Part shown: positions 22,068-32,226 of the stretch, one piece after another
Layout: the number at the start of each line of letters is the position of its first letter
How positions within the stretch are numbered: position 1 is the stretch's first letter
Assembly (NCBI GenBank): GCA_977017575.1
Contig: CDRNVI010000070.1
Coordinates: forward strand, 186,001-250,000
Direction of reading: 5' to 3'
DNA length: 64,000 bases
DNA from: Paramoeba atlantica
Taxonomy: Eukaryota > Protista > Discosea
Program-made: the position numbers and the translations under genes
Notes under the pieces: generated by a model
What the model saw: only the letters and a program-made list of their open reading frames with translations
The model's database searches: none
Told to the model about the DNA's origin: nothing

Positions 22068-22494
22068 GACCTATTCGGTGAAACAGCATTTTTTTTTTGA
22101 GATTTTCATTAGCGAATTCTTCGAAGCATGATTTTTTTTTTATTTGCAGCCTGAAAAAGGTACGCAGTTTACTTCATAAATGAGGGTAAATAAGTTGAAG
22201 TGTCGAACTGGTACTCGCTTCCGAGAACTTTAAAAGTTTTGCTTACGTCTTTATGAGGAACGGCGAAATCAATTTATCCCCCCTTTAACAGTACGCAGCT
22301 CCAGAAGACCGCAACTATTTAAATAGTGTAAAATTCTTATTTGGAAGTATATCAGAGATTTCTATTTTTGTAGAAAGAACCCATTAAAAAATTTATTTTT
22401 TGTTGATTTGCATAGATGAGCGCGCTCGCTCGACCCAGTGATTAGATTTTTCACGCCGAGTTGTAACTTGCACGGATAATCAGTTTTTACAGAC

Positions 22495-23616
22495 ATGGCT
22501 TCGAGATTTCCATCCTCGAAGGCTGCGCATCTGATTGCTTCTCTAATACAGAGGACTGGTGAGAATACTGCCAGGGAAATTGAATTTGCACCTTTAAAAC
22601 TTTACAACGAAACTCAGAGAGCTTTGGAATTCGCATTACCCACTATGTGTGAGGCTACTCCTGAAACGATGCTGCATGATCTGTACAACACAATGTACAT
22701 ACGTGAAATGGAGGTGTCATGCGACGTTGCCTACAAGCAAAGGAAAATACGGGGATTTTGCCACTTATACAATGGACAAGAGGGTGTGGCGGTTGGAGTG
22801 GAATCCGCGCTGAAGGACAACGACCTCCTTGTGTCCTCATACCGCTCCCATGCATGGCACGTGTTGCGAGGCGGCACAGCTTTCGAGGTGTTCTCCGAAT
22901 TGCTTGGGAAACATTTTGGATGCTGCAAAGGAAAAGGTGGTTCAATGCACCTTTGTAAGGTCTCAGCGAACTATTACGGAGCGAATGGCATAGTTGGGGC
23001 TCAAGTTCCGCACGGCATCGGACTTGCACTAAGCTTGGTATACGACAAATGGAAGGATAGGAGTCCGGAGGCGGTAAGCGTGACCGTTTTTGGCGACGGA
23101 GCCGTTACACAGGGTCAGGTCTGGGAGGCGTACAATATGGCTGCATTGTGGAAACTACCTTGTCTTTTCATATGTGAAAATAACCAATTCTCCATGGGTA
23201 CTCCGCTTGAGGGTCATAGTGCGAACGCTCAAATTTACACACAGTGCCGATCGTTTCCAGGCGTTCAAGTCGACGGCATGGATGTTTTCAGTGTGCGAGC
23301 TGCAACAAGATGGGCTAGGGACTGGGCACTTAAGGGGAATGGTCCCGTGTTGTTAGAGCTGAAATGTTACCGGTATTCAGGACACTCCATGTCCGACCCG
23401 GGTACTACCTACCGTTCGAAATCTGAGGTACGGGACATACGACGAAGCCAAGACTGTATTGAACGACTCAAGAAGCACCTTGTTGCGGACACCCTGGTCA
23501 CCTCAGAAGGATTTGATAAAATAGAATCTCATGTCAGGGAAGCAATAGCTCAAGAATATGCGCAGGCGGACACCGGCGCAAGGGTGCAACTTTCTGAACT
23601 CGAAACGGACGCCTAA
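22495..23616 (+). CDS. PDHA1: Pyruvate dehydrogenase E1 alpha subunit
   Basis: IRGFCHLYNGQE, GKGGSMH, GDGA...ENN thiamine-diphosphate motif, YRYSGHSMSDPG. Confidence 0.93.
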   Translation: MASRFPSSKAAHLIASLIQRTGENTAREIEFAPLKLYNETQRALEFALPTMCEATPETMLHDLYNTMYIREMEVSCDVAYKQRKIRGFCHLYNGQEGVAVGVESALKDNDLLVSSYRSHAWHVLRGGTAFEVFSELLGKHFGCCKGKGGSMHLCKVSANYYGANGIVGAQVPHGIGLALSLVYDKWKDRSPEAVSVTVFGDGAVTQGQVWEAYNMAALWKLPCLFICENNQFSMGTPLEGHSANAQIYTQCRSFPGVQVDGMDVFSVRAATRWARDWALKGNGPVLLELKCYRYSGHSMSDPGTTYRSKSEVRDIRRSQDCIERLKKHLVADTLVTSEGFDKIESHVREAIAQEYAQADTGARVQLSELETDA

Positions 23617-24172
23617 AGGTATTCTTCAACGAATGACATGCATTCAATAAGCTCACAAGTCCCATACAGCTCAAATTTTGCTCATGTGGGAAATTGTTAA
23701 TATAATAATATATAATTGTTTAATATTAATAATATATAATTGTTAATACATTTGAGACGTGCCTATAAAGGTAAGAGGATATGTATGCTGGGGGGACATA
23801 CACATTGTGTACTGGAGATATACCTGAATGCATTACGCATTGATGCTCCTCTATGATTCGTATAGCGTACCTGTAGAACCTGTGGTACGGTCCTATGGTA
23901 CTTAGTATGTGTACATGTTATACATGTAAAAAAACGTATGCACTTACGTAGTATTTGTATTTATGCAAAAATGTCCTCGTTTTTTTATATAAAATTATTA
24001 CAAAATTATTATCAAATTGGTCGTGTAGCATTGGTTAGCTCTGACTAGTACTACCCAACTAGCTTGGAACTACTACTGTATATGCGATTTCCTAGTGCTG
24101 AAACTCTTTCTACTTCCGTTGCATACCATTACCGTAACGTTCATTCTTTCCAGCCGTTTCCATGCAAATGAC

Positions 24173-25732
24173 ATGATCGATAGCCACATTGTCGATCGAC
24201 GCTTTGCGCGACTTGGAGATTTAAAGCGCATGTGGTCGAATGTATCACCGAATCTTTCTCAAGCAATATCAGTATGGTCTTTGTTTTGTTTATGTCTTGA
24301 GCAAAACCACCTAGAAAGCATAATTTCGGAAGTTCTGGCATATATTTTTGTCGAGGAACCTCTGTTTATTATTCAGTGCGTGGACGGTAGACTCTCTGTA
24401 CCGCTCACACTCAGCACATTCTTCGAAAAGCCTTTTCCAGCAAATCAACGCGTAGAGGAGGCTACAATGCTTGTGTTTGGTGCGACTATGATGCTTGGCA
24501 TATACATCTACATTAATGAAAAAAGATTGCGCAACGGAACACTGGATAATTCAGCAGCGCATGAAACATGTATCCCTGGTGCAAACGCAAAAGTTTATAT
24601 GGACTCCGTTTCTACTACTAATGCTCCCGGAATGTATCCTCCTGTTGAAGCTGTTGAGCATCTAGCCCACCTATTTCAGATTTTGCTTAACCTTGTGGGG
24701 ATTAAAGAATTTGAACTAGTCGATGTCATACGAGAGACTATTCTGAAAATTGATAGCTTAATTACATGTTCCTGTTGGACTCCGTTTAGTGCTGTCCATC
24801 CACTTCTCCGAAGTACGCTCACCCTTCGCACAGCTCGTTGTCTCCGAGAATGCATTCACTTTGATCCGACACATTATTTTGACACACAAAAGGCATTGAA
24901 TGAAAAACACAGACGGCATTTGTCACCTTCCGAGTTTGGTCGGCTAAAAGACGTATTCTTCGACTTCCGTCATGATCAACTACAGGAAGTTTCCTTAGGT
25001 TTTATACAACACGTTCTAGCAGAGGAGAAACGTCTAACAGGTGAGGCAACGCCAACCAAATCTTTCTATTCAGCAAGGCAACATCATCAGGTGAAATATA
25101 AGGACGCGATTAACTACGATGATAAATGCAAGATAATTACCTCTGAACTCACTTATCATCTTCACATAGCGTTACAGATTGTTATTGTCTGGCTCTGTTC
25201 GGACACTCGTCGGAAAGATTTTTTTCAGTTCCTAGAAGGTTCTGCTTCGTCGATCATTTCTGTTGACGCCCTAGACGCGCGATCTTCTAGTGTTACCCAA
25301 AGTGATGTTTTCATGAGGTCAAACTTTATGTGTCGTTCCAGGAGATTGCAATATGTTTATGAAATATACGACTTCTTTGGTTCAAAGAATTTTGTAGGGC
25401 GAGAGAGAGGAGAGCACCTTCAAATGAGAGTAATTATGGTAGGCTACATACTACTAAAGAAGGATTCGTTTTGGAAAATCGTGAATCATTGTCAGCAGAG
25501 TGAACTAGTGCTATGTGTTATTGCTTGCTATAGAAAGATACGTTCACTTTTTTCGCACGCACGGAAAAAATTATTTGCGAATAGCCAAGAAAAACGAACT
25601 AATACAAATACTCCCTATATTTTAGTACGTGAACAGACACGGAATCCCTGTATCACAACGTTTGAAAGAAATTTGAGGCAAGTCATTGATATTCCAATTG
25701 CCGAAAGGCCCATTGCGTGTACCAAACTATGA
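24173..25732 (+). CDS. Hypothetical protein (~520 aa, predicted helical)
   Basis: Long + strand ORF in line with the polycistron. No family recognised. Confidence 0.65.
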   Translation: MIDSHIVDRRFARLGDLKRMWSNVSPNLSQAISVWSLFCLCLEQNHLESIISEVLAYIFVEEPLFIIQCVDGRLSVPLTLSTFFEKPFPANQRVEEATMLVFGATMMLGIYIYINEKRLRNGTLDNSAAHETCIPGANAKVYMDSVSTTNAPGMYPPVEAVEHLAHLFQILLNLVGIKEFELVDVIRETILKIDSLITCSCWTPFSAVHPLLRSTLTLRTARCLRECIHFDPTHYFDTQKALNEKHRRHLSPSEFGRLKDVFFDFRHDQLQEVSLGFIQHVLAEEKRLTGEATPTKSFYSARQHHQVKYKDAINYDDKCKIITSELTYHLHIALQIVIVWLCSDTRRKDFFQFLEGSASSIISVDALDARSSSVTQSDVFMRSNFMCRSRRLQYVYEIYDFFGSKNFVGRERGEHLQMRVIMVGYILLKKDSFWKIVNHCQQSELVLCVIACYRKIRSLFSHARKKLFANSQEKRTNTNTPYILVREQTRNPCITTFERNLRQVIDIPIAERPIACTKL

Positions 25733-26182
25733 AAAGATGCGTCTCAAGATACGAGGTTGAAAACCAACGATCTGTGCCATCATAAAAACGTGTCTCTATA
25801 ATTTGAACTCTTAGATGAATACGAAAGGAAAATGCACATACAAATATATAATGTTACAATGCCCCGCGGGACTGTCTTCTAAGGGATATGTTTCTGTGAG
25901 GGTTAGAACTAACAGAAACTAATCTCTTGATCATTCGTGTACTTGCTCGTAATAATTGAAATACTATTAAAGTTGGAGAAATATTTTCTCCAATATTGCG
26001 CCAACGTATTTTGACACCGTCAGATCTCATAGTGTTGTGCTACAATTGTTTCACATGTAATATTATGAGGGCTTGCTGTGTCCAACACTTGCCCGGTTGG
26101 ACCGACCCACATCTTGCAATATCTGACCCTAATAATTTCAATAAATATTACTTTCACTTACGACTCATTTATTCAGTATATA

Positions 26183-27107
26183 AACCCCCCACAGCGAAAA
26201 GTCACCCCCCTCTAACTTTTCAGCCAAGTGTCCGTTTGAGCTCATTTTTGTTGCATTTTGCTGTTCCCAACACAAAGACTATGCGCGTTATAGCATGAAA
26301 CCAAGGCTCTCAAATGCGTGCATCCGATAGATGGATTATCACTTTCTTCACATTTTTCAAGATGCCAATTTCTCACACTTTAACAAATTATATCTTCTCC
26401 TCCCATGAGAATTCTAATTATTTTTGTCCGTTTTTGCTGATTTTTGTTGCAAACGAGAGATCTCGTTCTCCTAGCAAAGATCTTTGCCGCTATTTTTTAA
26501 TATTGACCCACTTGTGCCCCCTGGCCGCGGAGTGTTTGTTTTCCTAAATTAGTGTGGTATGTCGATGCAAAAAAATCAAACCTAAAAACAATTTTCTTCT
26601 TCAGTTTCTAAAATGATCTAAAAATGGTGGGAACGTGTAGATCTCAGAATTTTGAACGAGAAAATGATATCTTAACCCCCTTAGGCCCCTTCAAGCAAAA
26701 AGTAAAGGGGACAGCTTAAAAAAGTTGATTTATCACCGTTTCAAGAAAGAACCAATCAAGGAGAAATATTCCACCACGTGACAAATTGAATGTTTGTTAT
26801 CTGTTTTTGATCATTTTTGTTGCAATCGAGAGAACTCGTTCCCCTAGCGAAGATCTGTGACACCATTTTCATGTTGACCCCCTTCCCCCCCCCTGGTCGA
26901 GGAACATGAGATTTTTTGGGTAATATTGGCATGACTATGTAAAAACGTCATTAAAAAAATGAGTTTTAATTTGTTATCTGTGAAGAGGTCTAAAAACAGC
27001 GGGAACGTGCAGATCTCAAAATTTTGAACGAAAAAGTGGTGCCGCAACCCCCCTAAGCCTCGTTGTACAAAAAAAAGAGGGGGGTGACTTATTCGTTGCG
27101 GGGGGTT
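26183..27107. mobile_element. Non-autonomous inverted-repeat (MITE-like) element A, 925 bp, TA-bounded
   Basis: Left end AACCCCCCACAGCGAAAAGTCACCCCCCTCT (26183-26213). Right end reverse complement AACCCCCCGCAACGAATAAGTCACCCCCCTCT (27076-27107). TA at 26181-82 and 27108-09. Confidence 0.6.
26440..27060 (+). repeat. Diverged direct duplication (~255 bp x2, 373-bp offset) inside element A
   Basis: 26440-26697 and 26813-27060 share TTTTTGTTGCAA.CGAGAGA.CTCGTTC.CCTAGC.AAGATCT and GGGAACGTG.AGATCTCA.AATTTTGAACGA.AAA. Confidence 0.8.
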
Positions 27108-27109
27108 TA

Positions 27110-28097
27110 TTGTCACCCCCCCCTTTATACTTCAGGGGGGCCAACCCCCCCTTTATACTTCCGTTTTCATCCAGATGAAAAATCAGCACCCCCCGTTTAT
27201 ACTTCCGGTCCCAAAAAAACAGCGCCGCTTCGCGGCGCTGTTTTTTTTAATAACAATTTTCTACATTTTTTTTATTAAACGTTAGAGGTGTGTGTAGACA
27301 TTTTGCTAGATATACATTTAAATTATTTGCCGTATTTTTTCCCATGTCAATACTCGCAGTGGGTTAAGCTTTATCCCCCTCTTCATCGCGTTCGGCCTCC
27401 CAACGAAATAATGGTTTCAAGCGCGGAGCCTGCGACATTACCTGTGTCCGTCGGTTCACCCCAGGGAGGAAAGAATCCAACAATGTAGGAGAAGTTGAAT
27501 GTGTCTCATTCGAGTAGCAGTGCTCCACAAATAAACGAGAAGTACGGCGTCTGATCTCGAACCATCCGCTCCATCCGGAAAAATGGTGTCGGATTTTTCC
27601 AGAAAAAAGTAAATCTATCGTAGTCGCAAGCGCGATGGGGTTTGCACAAGAACAAACATGTCGAGATGCGAAAAAATTAACGAACTCCTCCTTAGCGAAC
27701 TGGGCGGGATGACAGCTAGCGCGGACATGCGCCTGCTGCAGCAAAGGCGAATGTACCTCGTTTCAAAGACTGTCCCATGAAGCTTCTAATGGTAGATCGT
27801 CCCGACACGTATTCACTACAGCGTAATAAACAGCGTATGTTGATTATGTGCAAGAGGAACACGGAAGCAACATTATGCCCTGCATGTTTGGAGATTAGAT
27901 GATTGATTTTTAGCTAGAATAATAGGAAACGAGCGCCGCTAAGCGGCGCATTTTTTTTTGCCCCTTTTTCAAAAATATTTGTTTCGCGGATTTTTCAAAA
28001 AATTAGACCCCCCCCTTTATACTTCCGAAAGTGAGACCCCCCCTTTATACTTCCAAAAGTACCGAAACCGGCGGAAGTATAAAGGGGGGGGTGACAG
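27110..28097. mobile_element. Non-autonomous inverted-repeat (MITE-like) element B, 988 bp, TA-bounded
   Basis: Ends (T/C)TGTCACCCCCCCCTTTATACTTC are inverted, with TA at 27108-09 and 28098-99. Subterminal copies of CCCCC(C/G)TTTATACTTCC near 27146, 27190, 28010 and 28037. Confidence 0.65.
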
Positions 28098-28214
28098 TAT
28101 TTTTCAAAACGTCACTAATTAGTGAAATTTTATCTCCCTGACGATTAAAAGAAGTCTCTGATACTCTAGCAGCGCTACACATCCTCTGAGAGCAAATACT
28201 TTCTTTTCTTGTTT

Positions 28215-28617
28215 ATAAAGGGGGGGCTCGTCTATTGTTGGCAACTTTTTTTTGCCAACAATAGATGATACAATACCCCCCTTAACCAACAATAAATGGA
28301 ACGGCAATAAAATCCTCTATTGTTGGCTATCAAGGTACCTTACGCTACTTTTATCACTTACACTACCGTCGCCCCCCCCTCATATACACGAGGATACATA
28401 CATATCCTCGGAAAAGAGAAAATTTTCGAAATTTTTCGAAAAATGTGGAAATTTTGACCTTAGTAGATTCCAGGAGTTTATCCGTCGTACATGGCAATGG
28501 GTCAAAAAAATCTAAATTAATTAAATGTCAACAATAACCGATTGCCAACAATAGGTGATTTTATTAGTTTGCCAACAATAGATGATTGCCAACAATAGAC
28601 GTACCCCCCCCCTTTAT
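28215..28617. mobile_element. Inverted-repeat element C, ~400 bp
   Basis: ATAAAG7CTCGTCTATTGTTGGCAA (28215-28244) versus TTGCCAACAATAGACGTAC9TTTAT (28586-28617). Internal TTGCCAACAATAG copies near 28252, 28542 and 28569. Confidence 0.55.
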
Positions 28618-28635
28618 TATCTTGTAGCTTGGTTT

Positions 28636-30144
28636 ATGATAGGTGTGCTTTCGTTCTACACTAGTGTTCCGATTGATGACAGTTTTTCTAAAGGAAGATT
28701 CGTCGACAGCATAAGAGCCGATGATGGTACGGATCACAATTTTCAACAAAACAACGCTACAGTGGACCTTTCTGAGGTCAGCAAAAAGAACCCAGCACCC
28801 ATTCATGCAGAACCTCAAAGTGCGTGCGAAGATATTCAAGGTGCGATCACTCATGATAGGAATGAAGTATGGAAAAAGTGGCAGAAATATTTATCAGAAA
28901 ATCAGGAATTCCCTTATTTGAATATTGGGAACGAGCCTGAAGCGTATACATTTGTACCACTATCGGGGGAAAGTCTAACCATAGGTCGCGGAGGGCCAAC
29001 AATCCAGATCAAGAAATTTTTTAGAAATCATCGGAATGTTCCTAGAGCTGCGTGTACTGTGCAAACGACAACCATACCAACAAGTAGCTCTGAAGATTCA
29101 GAGGTCACTTTGCGCTTGAGATGCCTCAGAGGCTTCCTGCGGGTTCATGCGCATGCCTGTCCAAGTAATTATGAGGAAAATACTTTGATGGACTACGTTC
29201 AGCGTGGGTCCGAAACTGAGGCAAATGCACGACAATCCGTAAATTCTAGGCTCCGTAAATCTCCTCTTTCGAATCAGGTACATCGTTCCGCTACTTCCAT
29301 TCCGAATTCCAGCACTTCTTGCCCGGACACAACGCCCCGCATATCAAATAACGAAGCTTCTGAAATGCACACTAAGTTGTCAAAAATAAATAGCTTGGGA
29401 GATACCCAGGTGTTTAGCAATCCAAAACAGCGTCGTTCGACGAGCTATAAGATCATGCCTGGCTCAATTTTTCTTCTTAAGCCTGGAAATATTTTTACAT
29501 TTGGGAATAGCTCTATCGGGGCTGTTTTTCACTGTTACCATACAAGCGTTTTGTCACCCGATTTATTTTACAGACCCCGACTAGAGTTGATAGAAGAAAT
29601 TATTCGGAATCGTAAAGCATTACTTGGCAACGCGGGTGCGTTGAAAGAGAGTTTGTGTATATTATTAGAGTTTCTAGACAATCACACCCAAATCACTACC
29701 GGTGGCATGGAGGCTAGCTCCACGCAACTGACTCGCAATAGTCGTTTGCCATTGTCGGAACCTTCGCGCATATTAAGCGATTCTCCATTGCCGATACAAG
29801 TCGGATCATATCAATCTTGCGCTTCTCTACTCCGCGGAGTAAAATGTTCAACTAGTTTTTTTGGTGCTGTTCAGCATTTAGAACAACTTCTAGGCGTAGC
29901 GCAGAGACTAACGTTTGAAGAGAATCACTCAAATACACAGGAGGACAATGACAGAAGTGATACAATTGTAGAGCCTTTGTCAACAGTAATAGAAGAACCA
30001 ATTGTAGTTCCACACAGAGAGACACGGAATAGGACTGTTTCCTCCCATAAGTTCGCACACGAGAAACCGTGTACTACATTATCCGAAAATGCAGAATGGT
30101 ACAATGGCATTGCAGAGTCTCAGGTCGTAATATACGATCATTAA
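28636..30144 (+). CDS. Hypothetical protein with possible split FHA-like domain
   Basis: ~500-aa ORF. LTIGRGG and LLKPGNIFTFG resemble the first and last FHA strands, separated by an S/T-rich insert. The listed start at 28582 lies in element C. Confidence 0.6.
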   Translation: MIGVLSFYTSVPIDDSFSKGRFVDSIRADDGTDHNFQQNNATVDLSEVSKKNPAPIHAEPQSACEDIQGAITHDRNEVWKKWQKYLSENQEFPYLNIGNEPEAYTFVPLSGESLTIGRGGPTIQIKKFFRNHRNVPRAACTVQTTTIPTSSSEDSEVTLRLRCLRGFLRVHAHACPSNYEENTLMDYVQRGSETEANARQSVNSRLRKSPLSNQVHRSATSIPNSSTSCPDTTPRISNNEASEMHTKLSKINSLGDTQVFSNPKQRRSTSYKIMPGSIFLLKPGNIFTFGNSSIGAVFHCYHTSVLSPDLFYRPRLELIEEIIRNRKALLGNAGALKESLCILLEFLDNHTQITTGGMEASSTQLTRNSRLPLSEPSRILSDSPLPIQVGSYQSCASLLRGVKCSTSFFGAVQHLEQLLGVAQRLTFEENHSNTQEDNDRSDTIVEPLSTVIEEPIVVPHRETRNRTVSSHKFAHEKPCTTLSENAEWYNGIAESQVVIYDH

Positions 30145-30479
30145 AATACTGGGGTAATAGGCAGTATAAATGCAGGTTGAAAGTGAAATTTTTGAATATT
30201 TTTCGAATCGATTTTTTTTGAAAGAAATGTGCAGGAGAAATATTTTCAATAGGAATTCGAACTTCTTTGGACACATACTCCCTATATTTCGGACCTTTTT
30301 CACTTCCCAAATGCTCTGTACGAGGTGTACTACTTTGGCCTATTTGCTGCCAGCGGCCTCAATTTCGCTGTTAACGACGGAAAAAACGGTGTGCTGGCTG
30401 CGAAATCACTGTTTCGGGTTAAACGCCCCTTGTGAATGTTGTGTCCATCATGACAAGAGATCTTCAAGTGGGGGGGGAG

Positions 30480-30650
30480 TAAAACCTCGAGAAACCTCTC
30501 CCAAATTTTGGTGAAGTCTGAGTGCAGCCTCAAGAAACCTCGATGACACCTTTCGGAACGTTGATGAAACTTCGCGAAACCTCAGTGAAACCTCACGAAA
30601 TGTTGAGAACATGATAAATCCCTGGTCAAGGTTCGTGAAACCTCGTCACC
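30480..30650 (+). repeat. Degenerate short repeats of GAAACCTC
   Basis: Several (G)AAACCTC copies (gaaacctctc, gaaacctcga, gaaacctcag, gaaacctcac, gaaacctcgt). Confidence 0.5.
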
Positions 30651-31008
30651 CGCAGCCCCTCAAGTAAGTGACGACATCTAGAGAGCAATGTTTTCTAGAG
30701 GGAATCTAGAAGGAATCTAATAAAAAATCTAAACACTAAAATTTAGTAAATAGGGGGGATAGTAAGTGTAAAATCGAGTGTAAAAAAGTTGAAATACCAT
30801 TCGCCGCTAAAGCCGTTTACCAGACGTCTAAATGCAATAGAACAACCATTCAAGGTTGAAATTTATTAAAAGATTTAGCTTGGGGGTACGTTCGTTGATA
30901 TCTCAACGAAAATCCGGATTTTCGTTGAGTATTTTCGTCGAGCATATACATACTGTATGTATGTTGTCCATATAGTATCGATACGCTACCGAGCTCTACA
31001 AGTGTCTC

Positions 31009-31022
31009 ACGATAAAGATACA
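31009..31022 (+). ncRNA. 5' half of an interrupted spliced-leader (SL) exon-like sequence
   Basis: ACGATAAAGATACA. Joined to 35355 onward it gives GATACAGTTTCTGTAC, identical to nt 17-32 of the T. cruzi SL as I recall it. The canonical AACTAA 5' end is missing. Confidence 0.55.
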
Positions 31023-31359
31023 TTATCACAGACTTCATAAACACGCTTGTCACCGGTCCCAAGCCCGGCGTCGTCTTCTTAACAAGACGAAGTGTGAGGG
31101 TGAAGAATGTCATTGTACGATAAAGTACGATTTTTTAATATCTATTCATCTCTTCGTTTGTTGAACATACACACTATATAATCATTGGTTCCGATCCAAA
31201 GATAGGATATACATATTTTATTTACATGTTGACATTCCATGTGGGACCGAGCCTGGCACCACATTCGTGATTTTATTCCGGTTCGTTTTGGCCCTGATCG
31301 GGAAAAACATACCGTTCCGCGCCAAAATGCACTACCCCGAGGACCTTTGCGACTACGAC

Positions 31360-31390
31360 GATTATTATTATCATTATTATTATTATTATT
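31360..31390. repeat. (ATT)n microsatellite
   Basis: attattattatcattattattattattatt. Confidence 0.9.
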
Positions 31391-31779
31391 TGCCTCGAGG
31401 TCCTTCGGGACTGACGGTTGGCACTCCACCTCGAGGTTCTTCGGAACTGACGGTTGGTGGTTATACTTTGCCTCGAGGTCCTTCGGGACTGACGGTTGGC
31501 ACTTCACCTTGAGGTTCTTCGGAACTGACGGTTGATGGTTAAACTTTGCCTCGAGGTCCTTCGGGACTGACGGTTGGCACTTCACCTCGAGGTTCTTCGG
31601 AACTGACGGTTGGTGGTTATACTTTGCCTCGAGGTCCTTCGGGACTGACGGTTGGTGGTTACACTTTGCCTCGAGGTCCTTCGGGACTGACGGTTGGCAC
31701 TTCACCTCGAGGTTCTTTGGAACTGACGGTTGGTGGTTATACTTTGCCTCGAGATCCATCGGGACTGACGGTTGGCACA
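31390..31779. repeat. Tandem array 1: ten 36/42-bp units with CCTCGAGG palindrome and cUUCGg hairpin
   Basis: Units such as TTTGCCTCGAGGTCCTTCGGGACTGACGGTTGGCAC and TTCACCTCGAGGTTCTTCGGAACTGACGGTTGGTGGTTATAC, mostly alternating as a 78-bp dimer. Confidence 0.95.
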
Positions 31780-32226
31780 TCACTTAGAATCATCATTAAG
31801 GGTAGATTTCTTGTAGTCGTAAATTTAATGATTATTGTAGGCAAAGATTGCTGATCATCACACTGTACCACTGCTGTTTGTGTTGTTTTCCAGTGTACTG
31901 GAAGTAAAGAAAACGAAGCGGATAGAAAAAATGAAATTGTCTGTGTGACGCACCTTATACGACTCGCGCAGGCGGGTCAGTTTTGCACTGCTTTTTTTTC
32001 GCGGATTTCTAATGCAATGCCTTTACGGCTACGCATCTGTGTGACGTATCTAATAAAGGATGCTTAACACATTACACACCCCTTAGAGTTTTGTTTTACG
32101 TTTCAAAACCTAGAATGATGACAAGAAGGGGAGGAGGGAGTTGATCTGCGGTGCCAATGGGCATGCCTGTCACTGGGTTTGGTCCTGGTATAAAGGCCGT
32201 TCCTCGGTGAACCGTTCCGTCGTGTG

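Noticed and set aside
31142-31783. 213-aa repeat protein on the minus strand
   Set aside because: It is antisense to the polycistron, and the frame stays open simply because the unit lengths are multiples of 3. Not listed as a CDS without expression data.
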